From Nitrosopumilus sp. (GTDB taxonomy: Archaea > Thermoproteota > Nitrososphaeria > Nitrososphaerales > Nitrosopumilaceae), in contig NZ_JAOULD010000001.1 of the NCBI RefSeq assembly GCF_029882185.1, forward strand, positions 56,423 through 88,422: 32,000 nucleotides of DNA, in the 5' to 3' direction. Below, one piece after another: positions 23,766 through 31,924 of this stretch (position 1 is its first letter; each line of letters begins with the position of its first letter). A program made the position numbers and the translations under genes. The notes under the pieces are model-generated. The model worked only from the letters and a program-made list of their open reading frames with translations, was not told the DNA's origin and searched no databases.

Positions 23766-24194
23766 TTGCCAAAATTTTCTTTAGAAAAAATTGTTAATGC
23801 TGATAGAGATTTAGTTTTTCAAATTTTTTCAAACTGTGACAATTATCAAAAGTTAGTTCCTCAATTCTTTCCATCTATACGAGTTCGTTCTACTCGAGGT
23901 AGCGTTTCTGTGGCTGAAGAACATTTGATTCTTGGGAGTATTGAATTAGTAATAATGGCAAAACATGTTTCTCAAGACCCACTTTTACATGATGTCTTTG
24001 TAATTGGTGGTGATGCAAAAGGTAGTCATATTAAACAAGAATTCATCGAACTTGAAAATGCCACAAAAATTTTAGTTAATGTTGATTTGAAATTTAAGGG
24101 CAAAATGATGTTGTCTTCTCTGTTTGGTAGGCATGATTTTAAAGAATATTATAGTAAAATTTTAGACGAGTTTAGCAGAATATCTGAAAATTAA
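23766..24194 (+). CDS. SRPBCC (START/COQ10/RatA-like) ligand-binding protein (142 aa)
   Basis: The sequence pattern is typical of the polyketide_cyc2/COQ10 superfamily (N-terminal strand, NYQKLVPQF, long C-terminal helix). TTG start 7 bp after ubiX. Confidence 0.6.
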   Translation: MPKFSLEKIVNADRDLVFQIFSNCDNYQKLVPQFFPSIRVRSTRGSVSVAEEHLILGSIELVIMAKHVSQDPLLHDVFVIGGDAKGSHIKQEFIELENATKILVNVDLKFKGKMMLSSLFGRHDFKEYYSKILDEFSRISEN

Positions 24195-24385
24195 TCTGAT
24201 TTTGATTTTTCTTCTTTAAACTCTTTGAGTTCTTTATCTGCCTCGATTTTCCCTTTTTCAAATTCTCCTTTTGCTTTACCAAAAGTTTTTGCAAGTTCTG
24301 GAATTTTTTTTGCACCAAAAATCAATACGCCGATAAATACTACCAAAACAATTATTTCTGTACTTCCTAACATGCTATATGACAT
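24191..24385 (-). CDS. tatA: Twin-arginine translocase subunit TatA/E (64 aa)
   Basis: LGSTEIIVLVVFIGVLIFGAKKIPELAKTFGKAKGEFEKG is the canonical TM helix plus amphipathic helix, with the FG hinge. Confidence 0.8.
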   Translation of the reverse strand: MSYSMLGSTEIIVLVVFIGVLIFGAKKIPELAKTFGKAKGEFEKGKIEADKELKEFKEEKSKSD

Positions 24386-24400
24386 TCTCTGATTTCAGAT

Positions 24401-25192
24401 TTAAGTGTTCGACTTTTTTCGTTCTTTACGCTCGATGAATACCATGCCTGCTGCATACAATGCAATCATTGGTCCTGCAACAAACATCATCGTCACTCCT
24501 GTTCCATCAGGGGTGATGATTGCTCCAAAGATCACAATAATTACAATGGCATATCTGATATTTTTTCTCCAAAAATCTGCATCTACCATTCCTGATGCTG
24601 CTATGGCATACATTACAAGAGGTAGCTGAAATGAAAAACCAAATGCCAACAAAAATTGTAATACAAATGTCACAAACTCCATTACATTGAGAAAAGTTAC
24701 CAGTCCTGCTCCTTCCCCATATCGATACAAAAATTCTAACATGTATGGGATCACAAAATTATAAGAAAACACACATCCTGCAATAAATAGTCCTAATGCA
24801 GGCAATGTCACGTTTCTGCTTACGTTGATTTCATTTTCTTTTAATGCTGGTTTGATAAATCCCACTAGTTCTTTTATTATTACTGGCATTCCAACTACAA
24901 TTCCGACAAGTGCTGCAACATACATTTGAGCAAAGAATGCTTGACCCGGCGCTGTTTGAATTAATTGTACTCCTTCTGGAACTAAATTAATTCTCATATG
25001 GTTTGTAATTTGAGCCGCCATATTGTGAAGCGGTTCTGGTGTTGGATAATACAAAGTAAATTGATTTATTTGAAATGGTTCTGCATGAAACATTAGAAGA
25101 AATGCAGAAATTCCTCCAATGACTAGGACAATTCGCATTAATCTTTTCCGTAATTCTTCAAGATGCTGGTTAATCCCTTCCAATTCGGACAT
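24401..25192 (-). CDS. tatC: Twin-arginine translocase subunit TatC (263 aa)
   Basis: Six TM helices. The N-terminal HLEELRKRL and the overall pattern are typical of TatC. It lies directly upstream of tatA. Confidence 0.92.
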   Translation of the reverse strand: MSELEGINQHLEELRKRLMRIVLVIGGISAFLLMFHAEPFQINQFTLYYPTPEPLHNMAAQITNHMRINLVPEGVQLIQTAPGQAFFAQMYVAALVGIVVGMPVIIKELVGFIKPALKENEINVSRNVTLPALGLFIAGCVFSYNFVIPYMLEFLYRYGEGAGLVTFLNVMEFVTFVLQFLLAFGFSFQLPLVMYAIAASGMVDADFWRKNIRYAIVIIVIFGAIITPDGTGVTMMFVAGPMIALYAAGMVFIERKERKKSNT

Positions 25193-25222
25193 CTGGATAT
25201 CTTTGATTCTAAACTATATCAA

Positions 25223-25690
25223 TTATGTGGGGATTGGCAAGAGTTTTGCTTCTGGTAGTCCTGCTTCTTTAAGTGCATCTGCACTAATATCTCCAAATTC
25301 TAATGATATTATGGCTTTGGTATTAAATTTAGACTCCATCTCTTTTGCCAGATTTGAAATATCTTTTGCGGAATAGATTTCTTTTGAATCTTTTAGGAAT
25401 ACTCTTTCTCCTTTTTCCATCTCTTTGCCGTTAAATTTCCCTTGCAAAAATTTGGTAATTTCTGGTAGTTCTTTTCTGTCTATGTTATTGTGAAAATAAC
25501 AAATTCCTTTGACTGATTCATAGTCATAGGCTGTTCCATTTCTATACATGAAAACTCCGATAAAATGAGCCTCATCTTCTGGCTCTCTTACACATTTGAT
25601 TTCCCAGTTAAGCAATTTACTTTCATCATATGCATACCCTCCTAATTCTTCTGATGATATTTTCCAATATCTCATTCTACCTTTTGCCAT
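25223..25690 (-). CDS. Hypothetical soluble protein (155 aa), first gene of the tatC-tatA transcription unit
   Basis: Clean ORF ending 30 bp before the tatC start, on the same strand. No motif recognised. Confidence 0.6.
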   Translation of the reverse strand: MAKGRMRYWKISSEELGGYAYDESKLLNWEIKCVREPEDEAHFIGVFMYRNGTAYDYESVKGICYFHNNIDRKELPEITKFLQGKFNGKEMEKGERVFLKDSKEIYSAKDISNLAKEMESKFNTKAIISLEFGDISADALKEAGLPEAKLLPIPT

Positions 25691-25796
25691 TATGAATTAA
25701 TGAGAATTATTCTGATATAAATTCCATCTCTATGCTTTAGACAAATACTGGTTTTCTTTTATACTACATCAAGGTAATTGACACGTGGGAACCAGA

Positions 25797-25939
25797 ATGA
25801 CTGTTGTATTAGATTCTTCAAATGTAGAAAAACTGCAAATATTCAAGCAAAGATGATCAGATCGTCTTCAAAACCAATGAGTTTTTCACATGTGTTGAAT
25901 TTGATTGTGAGCGAAGGATTAAAAAAATTCAAGGCATGA
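25797..25939 (+). pseudogene. Ribbon-helix-helix (CopG/Arc-like) small DNA-binding protein with a -1 frameshift
   Basis: The ATG at 25797 gives MTVVLDSSNVEKLQIFKQR and a stop. The -1 frame continues (K)MIRSSSKPMSFSHVLNLIVSEGLKKFKA. Joined, the sequence has the RHH layout: beta-strand TVVLD, helix A, then S..S-started helix B. The junction sits at the A3 run 25849-25851. Confidence 0.45.
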
Positions 25940-25984
25940 CCTGAAAACAAAAATTATTGAATGATTGATTTTATTTCTAATTAG

Positions 25985-26365
25985 ATGTCTCCAAAAAATC
26001 CGTTATATCCAATTGATATTGATGATTACCCGAACCTCTTTGACTATGTATTATCTACAGAAGGATTAATCTATTTTCAGACTTTGAAAAGAAATTTCAT
26101 ACTTGGCAAAGAGATGACTTTGGATGAATACAACAAACTTCGATTATTATATGTGTATTATGCTACTGCCAATAGGAATTCAAAAGAAGTATCTGCATGG
26201 CAAGATCTTTGTGTCACTCTAGATGGGAAGGGAATTTTTGAGAAAAAAACGTATCAATCAAAAGAAGATTTGAAAAACAAATCTTTGATACTTGTAAATC
26301 CTAACTATCAATCCGGACTATATAGAAAATATATTGAATTTGTAAAAGAAAATATGAAATCATAG
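25985..26365 (+). CDS. Hypothetical protein (126 aa)
   Basis: Clean ORF 45 bp downstream of the RHH-like frame. No motif recognised. Confidence 0.55.
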   Translation: MSPKNPLYPIDIDDYPNLFDYVLSTEGLIYFQTLKRNFILGKEMTLDEYNKLRLLYVYYATANRNSKEVSAWQDLCVTLDGKGIFEKKTYQSKEDLKNKSLILVNPNYQSGLYRKYIEFVKENMKS

Positions 26366-26502
26366 TTACCAGAACTGGGCAGGTGATATCTTAACAACAC
26401 AAATCCTCAGTTCCGGAAACCTAGTCTTTATCTCAAAATAACTATAAAAATACAAGATTATTCGGAAGATAGATTAACCTCGATTTTATTTTTAATTTGT
26501 TA

Positions 26503-26763
26503 ATGGCAACTTTTAGTGTTCATGTCACCATCGAAAACAAGCTTGGTATCAGTGATCCTGAAGGGGATACTATTCTAAATGATTTAGTTCTTAAAGGAAC
26601 TCACAAAACAGTCTCAAAAATCAAAACTGCAAAAATGCTAAAATTCACCATTAAAGAAAAAGACAAAAAAACTGCACAATCTAAAGTTCAAGAAATTTGT
26701 GATGATTTGAGAATATACAATCCTATGGTAAGCAAAGTCATTATTGACGTTTTTGAAAATTAA
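26503..26763 (+). CDS. purS: Phosphoribosylformylglycinamidine synthase subunit PurS
   Basis: MATFSVHVTIENKLGISDPEGDTILNDL is the PurS signature (DP[EQ]G). The ORF track starts 2 codons earlier at the TTG at 26497. Confidence 0.85.
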   Translation: MATFSVHVTIENKLGISDPEGDTILNDLVLKGTHKTVSKIKTAKMLKFTIKEKDKKTAQSKVQEICDDLRIYNPMVSKVIIDVFEN

Positions 26764-26870
26764 GTCCCACTTCAAATTATCTACAATACTATTCACTTTG
26801 ATACTTGTTCTGATCGTTTACGCCACTGATTAATCATATAGTATTTGTATCTCTGAATGCTAATCTAATT

Positions 26871-27551
26871 GTGAAAGTTGGAGTTGTAGTTTTTCCTGGT
26901 AGTAACTGTGATCGTGACATGTATCATGTTTTGACTGACGTATTTCATTTTGATGCCCAATACTATTGGCATGAAAAAGGTCTACCAAAAAATATTGATG
27001 CTGTGATTTTACCTGGAGGATTCTCCTATGGTGACAGGCTAAGAGCTGGAGTAATTGCAGCTCATAGTCCAATTATTAAAGATGTCAAAAAAATCGCAGA
27101 AAAAGGAATTCCTATTTTAGGTGTGTGTAATGGATTTCAAATTCTTGTAGAATCTGGACTGCTCCCTGGGGTTTTACTCAAAAATGAATCTCTTAATTTT
27201 ATGTGTGAGTGGACGAATTTGATTGTGGAAAACAATAACACTCCGTTTACAAATCAATTCAAAATCAATGAGAAAATCCCAATTCCCATTGCAAATGGTG
27301 AGGGACGATATTATGTAGATGATGATACTATGAAAAAACTAAAGAAAAAAAATCAAATTGTTTTTCGATATAGTGAAGTTGTAAATGGTTCTTCAGACAG
27401 AATTGCAGGCGTGTGTAATGAAGACGGAAATGTTGTTGGAATGATGCCTCATCCGGAAAGAGCTGTTGAATCAGAAATTAATCCAATTGACAACAAGCCT
27501 TCTTCTCGAATTTTTGAGTCTCTATTGACGACAATGGGTGTTAGTAAATGA
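26871..27551 (+). CDS. purQ: Phosphoribosylformylglycinamidine synthase I, glutaminase subunit PurQ (226 aa)
   Basis: MKVGVVVFPGSNCD, the catalytic Cys in GVCNGFQIL, and the HPE triad in MMPHPER. GTG start. Confidence 0.95.
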   Translation: MKVGVVVFPGSNCDRDMYHVLTDVFHFDAQYYWHEKGLPKNIDAVILPGGFSYGDRLRAGVIAAHSPIIKDVKKIAEKGIPILGVCNGFQILVESGLLPGVLLKNESLNFMCEWTNLIVENNNTPFTNQFKINEKIPIPIANGEGRYYVDDDTMKKLKKKNQIVFRYSEVVNGSSDRIAGVCNEDGNVVGMMPHPERAVESEINPIDNKPSSRIFESLLTTMGVSK

Positions 27552-29722
27552 GTTTAGAAGATCAAGAACTTTCTGAATTAAAATCAAAAATTGGACGAGA
27601 ACCCACACCAACTGAATTACAAATTGTTGCTGCTGAATGGTCTGAACACTGTTCTTACAAATCTTCCAAAAGACACCTCAAAATGCTACCTATGACAGGT
27701 CCGCTTGTAATTAATGAAAAGGGATATGATTCTGGTGTTTTGGATGTTGGTGATGGGTATGTTGTTACAGCACACATTGAAAGTCATAATCATCCCTCTG
27801 CTGTAGAACCATATGGTGGGGCAGCTACTGGTGTTGGAGGAGTCATCCGTGATATCTTATCTGCAGGAACTAGACCAATTGCAATTTTTGATGGATTGAG
27901 ATTTGGCAATGTTGAAAAAGATTTGCAAGCCAGATGGTTGTTCAAAAATGCCGTTACTGGAATTGCAGATTATGGAAACTGTCTTGGAATTCCTACTATT
28001 GGCGGAGAAGTTGAATTTGATGAATGTTATGAAAATTATGCCCTTGTGGATGTTGCTGCATTGGGATTTGGTAAAAAAGAACATTTGATAAAAAATCATG
28101 CAAAGAAAGGTGACATAGTTGTGCTGATGGGCGGTTCTACTGGTAGAGATGGAATTGGTGGTTCACAGTTTGCTTCAGATTCATTAGAGTCTGAAGACCG
28201 TTCTGCAGTACAAATTCCTGATCCGTTCATTGAAAAATTAATTATCGAAGCAGTGTTGCAAGCAAGAAATGATGGTTTGATTCATGCTATGAAAGATCTT
28301 GGCGGTGGTGGCTTGTCTTGTGCTATCTCAGAAACTGCAGATGCATTGGAAATTGGAATTGAAATGGATGTTGACAAAGTTCATACCCGCGAATCTGGCA
28401 TGCATCCTAGTGAGATTATGGTATCTGAATCCCAAGAAAGGATGTTGATTGTAACTAGTAAAATCAAACTAAAAAAATTACAAACAATTTGTGAAAAATT
28501 CAGAATTGGTTGCTCTATGATTGGTCAGGTAAAGTCTGATAATCAGGTACATGTCAAAAAAGGAAAAAAAACATTTGCTAATCTATCTGCCGACGTTGTA
28601 GCTAATGCAACACTGCTTGATCTACCCTCAAAAAAGCCTGTTTATCTGAAAACTATTGAGACTGAAAAAAAATTCAAGCCTATCTCTGATTATTCCAAAA
28701 CTCTAATGAAATTGTTATCATCTCCAAATATTGCAAGCAAGATTTGGGTATATGGTCAATATGATCATGAAGTGGGAATTCGAACTGTTGTAAAACCTGG
28801 AAAAGATGCATCTGTTTTGAGATTGGATAATGGAAAATTCCTTTCTGCAAAAATTGATGGCAATCCAAAACATTGCTACATCAATCCTCGAGAGGGAGCA
28901 ATAGGCTGTTTTGAGGAAGCGTGTAGAAATGTTGTTTGTACTGGGGCAAAGCCTATTGGAATGCTTGATCATCTTCAATTTGGTAATCCAAAAGATCCTG
29001 AAATATTTTGGACCTTTTTAGAATCTCTAAAAGGTTTAACTGATTTTGCAAAATTTTTTGAAATTCCATGTGTTGGAGGGAAAGTGAGTCTGTACAATGA
29101 AACTCCTAAGGGTCCAATAAAACCAACTCCTGTGATTGGAGTTATTGGATTAATTGACAAAAAACCCTCTGTCTCCCAAAAAATTTCTGAAGGTGATTGT
29201 TTGATCATAATCGGCAATACTAAAAACGAACTTGGAGGTTCTGAATTCTTTGAATATGTTCATAAATTTGTTGGAGGAAAATGCCCTGTTGTTAACTTTG
29301 ACGATTCTAAAAAAAACATGAATTCTGTTTTAGATTTGATCAAAAACAATCTAATCAAATCTGCACATGATTGTTCAAAAGGTGGATTAGCAGTTGCTGT
29401 ATCTGAAATGTGTATGACAAATCAAATCGGTTGCACTGTATCTCTGGATAAAGTACCTGGAGATAAACTGACTGTTGACAGAATTCTGTTTTCAGAAAGC
29501 CATTCTCGTTATCTTTTGTCATTTGACAAAAAGAATCTTTCAAAGATTAAAGATCTGCTTAAAAATAATAAAATCTCTTTCAAAGAGATTGGCAAGTTTG
29601 GTGGTGAAAATATTCAGTTTAATAATAAAATACAATCTGTTGTTAAATTAAATGTCGAAAAAACGCACAGAGTATGGCTCAATTCCCTTTCTGATTTGAT
29701 TCTTCATGGGAAAACCTCTTAG
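27548..29722 (+). CDS. purL: Phosphoribosylformylglycinamidine synthase II, PurL (724 aa)
   Basis: EWSEHCSYKSS and ESHNHPSAVEPYGGAATGVGGVIRD motifs. Its ATG overlaps the purQ stop (ATGA), indicating translational coupling. Confidence 0.96.
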   Translation: MSLEDQELSELKSKIGREPTPTELQIVAAEWSEHCSYKSSKRHLKMLPMTGPLVINEKGYDSGVLDVGDGYVVTAHIESHNHPSAVEPYGGAATGVGGVIRDILSAGTRPIAIFDGLRFGNVEKDLQARWLFKNAVTGIADYGNCLGIPTIGGEVEFDECYENYALVDVAALGFGKKEHLIKNHAKKGDIVVLMGGSTGRDGIGGSQFASDSLESEDRSAVQIPDPFIEKLIIEAVLQARNDGLIHAMKDLGGGGLSCAISETADALEIGIEMDVDKVHTRESGMHPSEIMVSESQERMLIVTSKIKLKKLQTICEKFRIGCSMIGQVKSDNQVHVKKGKKTFANLSADVVANATLLDLPSKKPVYLKTIETEKKFKPISDYSKTLMKLLSSPNIASKIWVYGQYDHEVGIRTVVKPGKDASVLRLDNGKFLSAKIDGNPKHCYINPREGAIGCFEEACRNVVCTGAKPIGMLDHLQFGNPKDPEIFWTFLESLKGLTDFAKFFEIPCVGGKVSLYNETPKGPIKPTPVIGVIGLIDKKPSVSQKISEGDCLIIIGNTKNELGGSEFFEYVHKFVGGKCPVVNFDDSKKNMNSVLDLIKNNLIKSAHDCSKGGLAVAVSEMCMTNQIGCTVSLDKVPGDKLTVDRILFSESHSRYLLSFDKKNLSKIKDLLKNNKISFKEIGKFGGENIQFNNKIQSVVKLNVEKTHRVWLNSLSDLILHGKTS

Positions 29723-29794
29723 GCTATTTTCATTCGAGAAGAGAAATCCTGATCGCATAAACTGATGAGCATTTTTATTATTCAAAATTAGATC

Positions 29795-29890
29795 ATGGAT
29801 CAGGGAATGGAGTCATCATTTGATTATTCAGTGGGATTTTGTACTTTTACTGATTTTTCAATATTCTCTGAAATGCAGGAGTTTGTGTAG
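29795..29890 (+). CDS. Possible 31-aa ORF ending 2 nt before purF
   Basis: My own translation gives MDQGMESSFDYSVGFCTFTDFSIFSEMQEFV. Position is the only support. Confidence 0.2.
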   Translation: MDQGMESSFDYSVGFCTFTDFSIFSEMQEFV

Positions 29891-29892
29891 AG

Positions 29893-31335
29893 ATGCCTAA
29901 AGTTAAGGAAAACTGTGGTGTTGTTGGAATTTACAGTTTAACTGGTACTAATGTGGTCCCAATGGTTTTTGATGCTTTACGTGCATTACAACACAGAGGG
30001 CAAGAGGCCTGGGGATTTGCGGTTCCTAACAAGCCTCCTTTTAAAAGAGTGGGATTGGTTTCTCATTCTTCATCTGAATTTAAAAAAATTGCTCAAGAAT
30101 ACTCTTCTCCTTGTGTGATTGGACATGTTAGATACTCCACAATGGGTACAAGCACTTTGGAAAATGCACAACCTTTGAAAGTAAAAGACCTATGTATTGC
30201 ACACAATGGAACGATTGCCAACGCACAGGAATTATCTAATTTGGTGGGTGGGTGTTCTTTCACTCCTCAAAATGCAAGTGATACTTTGGTTGCAGCTCAA
30301 CGACTGGTATCGTTAATTTCTGAAAATGGCCAAATGGGAAAAGCACTTTCTATTTTAAAAAATGAGATGGTTGGTTCTTACTGTTTTACTTTTATTTCTG
30401 ATGATCATTCTGTGTTTGCTGCAAGAGATCCTAAAGGATTCCGTCCTATGGTTTTAGGATATAAAGAATCTGATGATACGTATATTGTAACTTCTGAATC
30501 TGCTGCGGTTACTGCAGTTGGTGCAAAACTCCAAAGAGATGTTGTTCCTGGAGAGTTGATCAAACTAAGTAAAAATGGCATAGAAACTGAAATATTTTCA
30601 GATGATCCTTCTCGTGCGCATTGTTCTTTTGAATTCACATATTTTGCACACCCTTCCAGCAACATGGAAGGACATAACATTTACCTTTCAAGAAAAAAAA
30701 TAGGGCAATTTATGGCAAAAAAATTCCATATCGAAGATGCCGATTTAGTAATTCCAGTACCTGATTCTGCAAGACCTGCTGCATTAGGATATGCACAAGA
30801 ACTTGGGGTGTCTTTTGATGAAGGATTATTAAAAGACAGATACAGTAAGAAAGGTCCGTTACGAAGTTTCATTGAACCTCATCAAAGTGACAGAGTAGAA
30901 ATTAATCGCTGGATAATTCCAATTAGTGAAATAATCAAAGATAAACATGTGGTAGTAATCGATGACAGCTTGGTACGAGGTACAAGTTCTAAAGCAATTA
31001 TCAAGGCTCTACGTCGTGCAGGTGCTAAAAAGATAAGCATGTTGATAACATATCCTCAAATCAACTATCCTTGTTATGCTGGAATTGACTTTCCTTCACA
31101 AGAAGAACTTGCCACGTTTACTGATGGAAAACACATGTCTGGTGATGAAATCACTGAAATGGTGAGACAAAATATTGGTGTTGACTTTTTAGGATATAAT
31201 GATGCTGAAAATCTAGCAAATGCAGTTGGGATGCCAAAAGATTCAATGTGCTTTACATGTTCATCTGGAAATTATGATTCATTGGGAATAAAACCTGATT
31301 TTACTAAACGTGAGCAAATAAAAGCTAAAATTTAG
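29893..31335 (+). CDS. purF: Amidophosphoribosyltransferase PurF, [4Fe-4S]-type (480 aa)
   Basis: A short propeptide MPKVKEN precedes the catalytic Cys (CGVVGIY). The PRPP loop VVVIDDSLVRGTSS is present. The cysteines in HCSFEF, YPCYAG and MCFTCSSG match the Fe-S cluster ligand pattern of Bacillus-type PurF. Confidence 0.96.
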   Translation: MPKVKENCGVVGIYSLTGTNVVPMVFDALRALQHRGQEAWGFAVPNKPPFKRVGLVSHSSSEFKKIAQEYSSPCVIGHVRYSTMGTSTLENAQPLKVKDLCIAHNGTIANAQELSNLVGGCSFTPQNASDTLVAAQRLVSLISENGQMGKALSILKNEMVGSYCFTFISDDHSVFAARDPKGFRPMVLGYKESDDTYIVTSESAAVTAVGAKLQRDVVPGELIKLSKNGIETEIFSDDPSRAHCSFEFTYFAHPSSNMEGHNIYLSRKKIGQFMAKKFHIEDADLVIPVPDSARPAALGYAQELGVSFDEGLLKDRYSKKGPLRSFIEPHQSDRVEINRWIIPISEIIKDKHVVVIDDSLVRGTSSKAIIKALRRAGAKKISMLITYPQINYPCYAGIDFPSQEELATFTDGKHMSGDEITEMVRQNIGVDFLGYNDAENLANAVGMPKDSMCFTCSSGNYDSLGIKPDFTKREQIKAKI

Positions 31336-31385
31336 AATCTCTTTTTGGAGATTTAATTAAATATAGTTTACAATGCATTCTATCT

Positions 31386-31664
31386 ATGCAGGCAATCTGG
31401 AATGATGTAATAATTGCAGAAAGTGATGACACTGTTGAAGTTGAAGGGAATCATTATTTTCCATTTGATTCAATTAAACGGGAATATTTCAAAAAAACTG
31501 ATTTGACTACGTTCTGTGGCTGGAAAGGCATGGCTAATTATTATTCAGTTGAGATCAATGGAAAAACAAACAAAGATTGTGCCTGGTACTATGCTGAACC
31601 AAATGATGCAGCTTATAAAATCAAAGGAATGGTTGCATTTTGGAATGGTGTTAAAGTAAAATAA
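31386..31664 (+). CDS. DUF427 domain protein (92 aa)
   Basis: VIIAESDDTVEVEGNHYFP...CGWKGMANYYSV...DCAWYY..P....KIKGMVAFW is the DUF427 pattern as I know it. Confidence 0.75.
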   Translation: MQAIWNDVIIAESDDTVEVEGNHYFPFDSIKREYFKKTDLTTFCGWKGMANYYSVEINGKTNKDCAWYYAEPNDAAYKIKGMVAFWNGVKVK

Positions 31665-31924
31665 TCTAAATTAAAAAATCCTTTTTTATAATGTTGATTT
31701 TTCATAACTAAATTATGCCTATTTGTCTTGTCGAGAAATCAATGCAAAAAATATTTACACGAATGTACTTTTAAACCCTCAGAAGAATAAAAACTAGAAT
31801 CACGTACTAGAAAACCTTTCTTACAATTTCTACATTTTCTTATGTCTTACAATAATAATATTAGTAATTGGATATTGTCCTCATTTAGATGATGATATAT
31901 TTTATTCATGAATTTTTATTGATA

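Noticed and set aside
26369-26416. Imperfect hairpin CCAGAACUG...CAGUUCCGG between 25985-26365 and purS, considered as a purine-responsive leader
   Set aside because: It lies upstream of the likely purS TATA boxes, has a 30-nt loop and one mismatch, and purine riboswitches are not established in archaea. It is more likely a 3' end structure or chance.
29746-29769. CUGA and CUGAUGA words upstream of purF, considered as C/D box elements
   Set aside because: No matching terminal D box or guide-length spacing follows.
21988-30872. Embedded ORFs in purP, tatC, 25223-25690, purQ, purL and purF (21988-22188, 24405-24629, 25119-25376, 26860-27072, 27857-28099, 27903-28088, 28680-29217, 29355-29543, 30405-30872)
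   Set aside because: All lie within strongly supported enzyme or translocase genes, in other frames or on the other strand.
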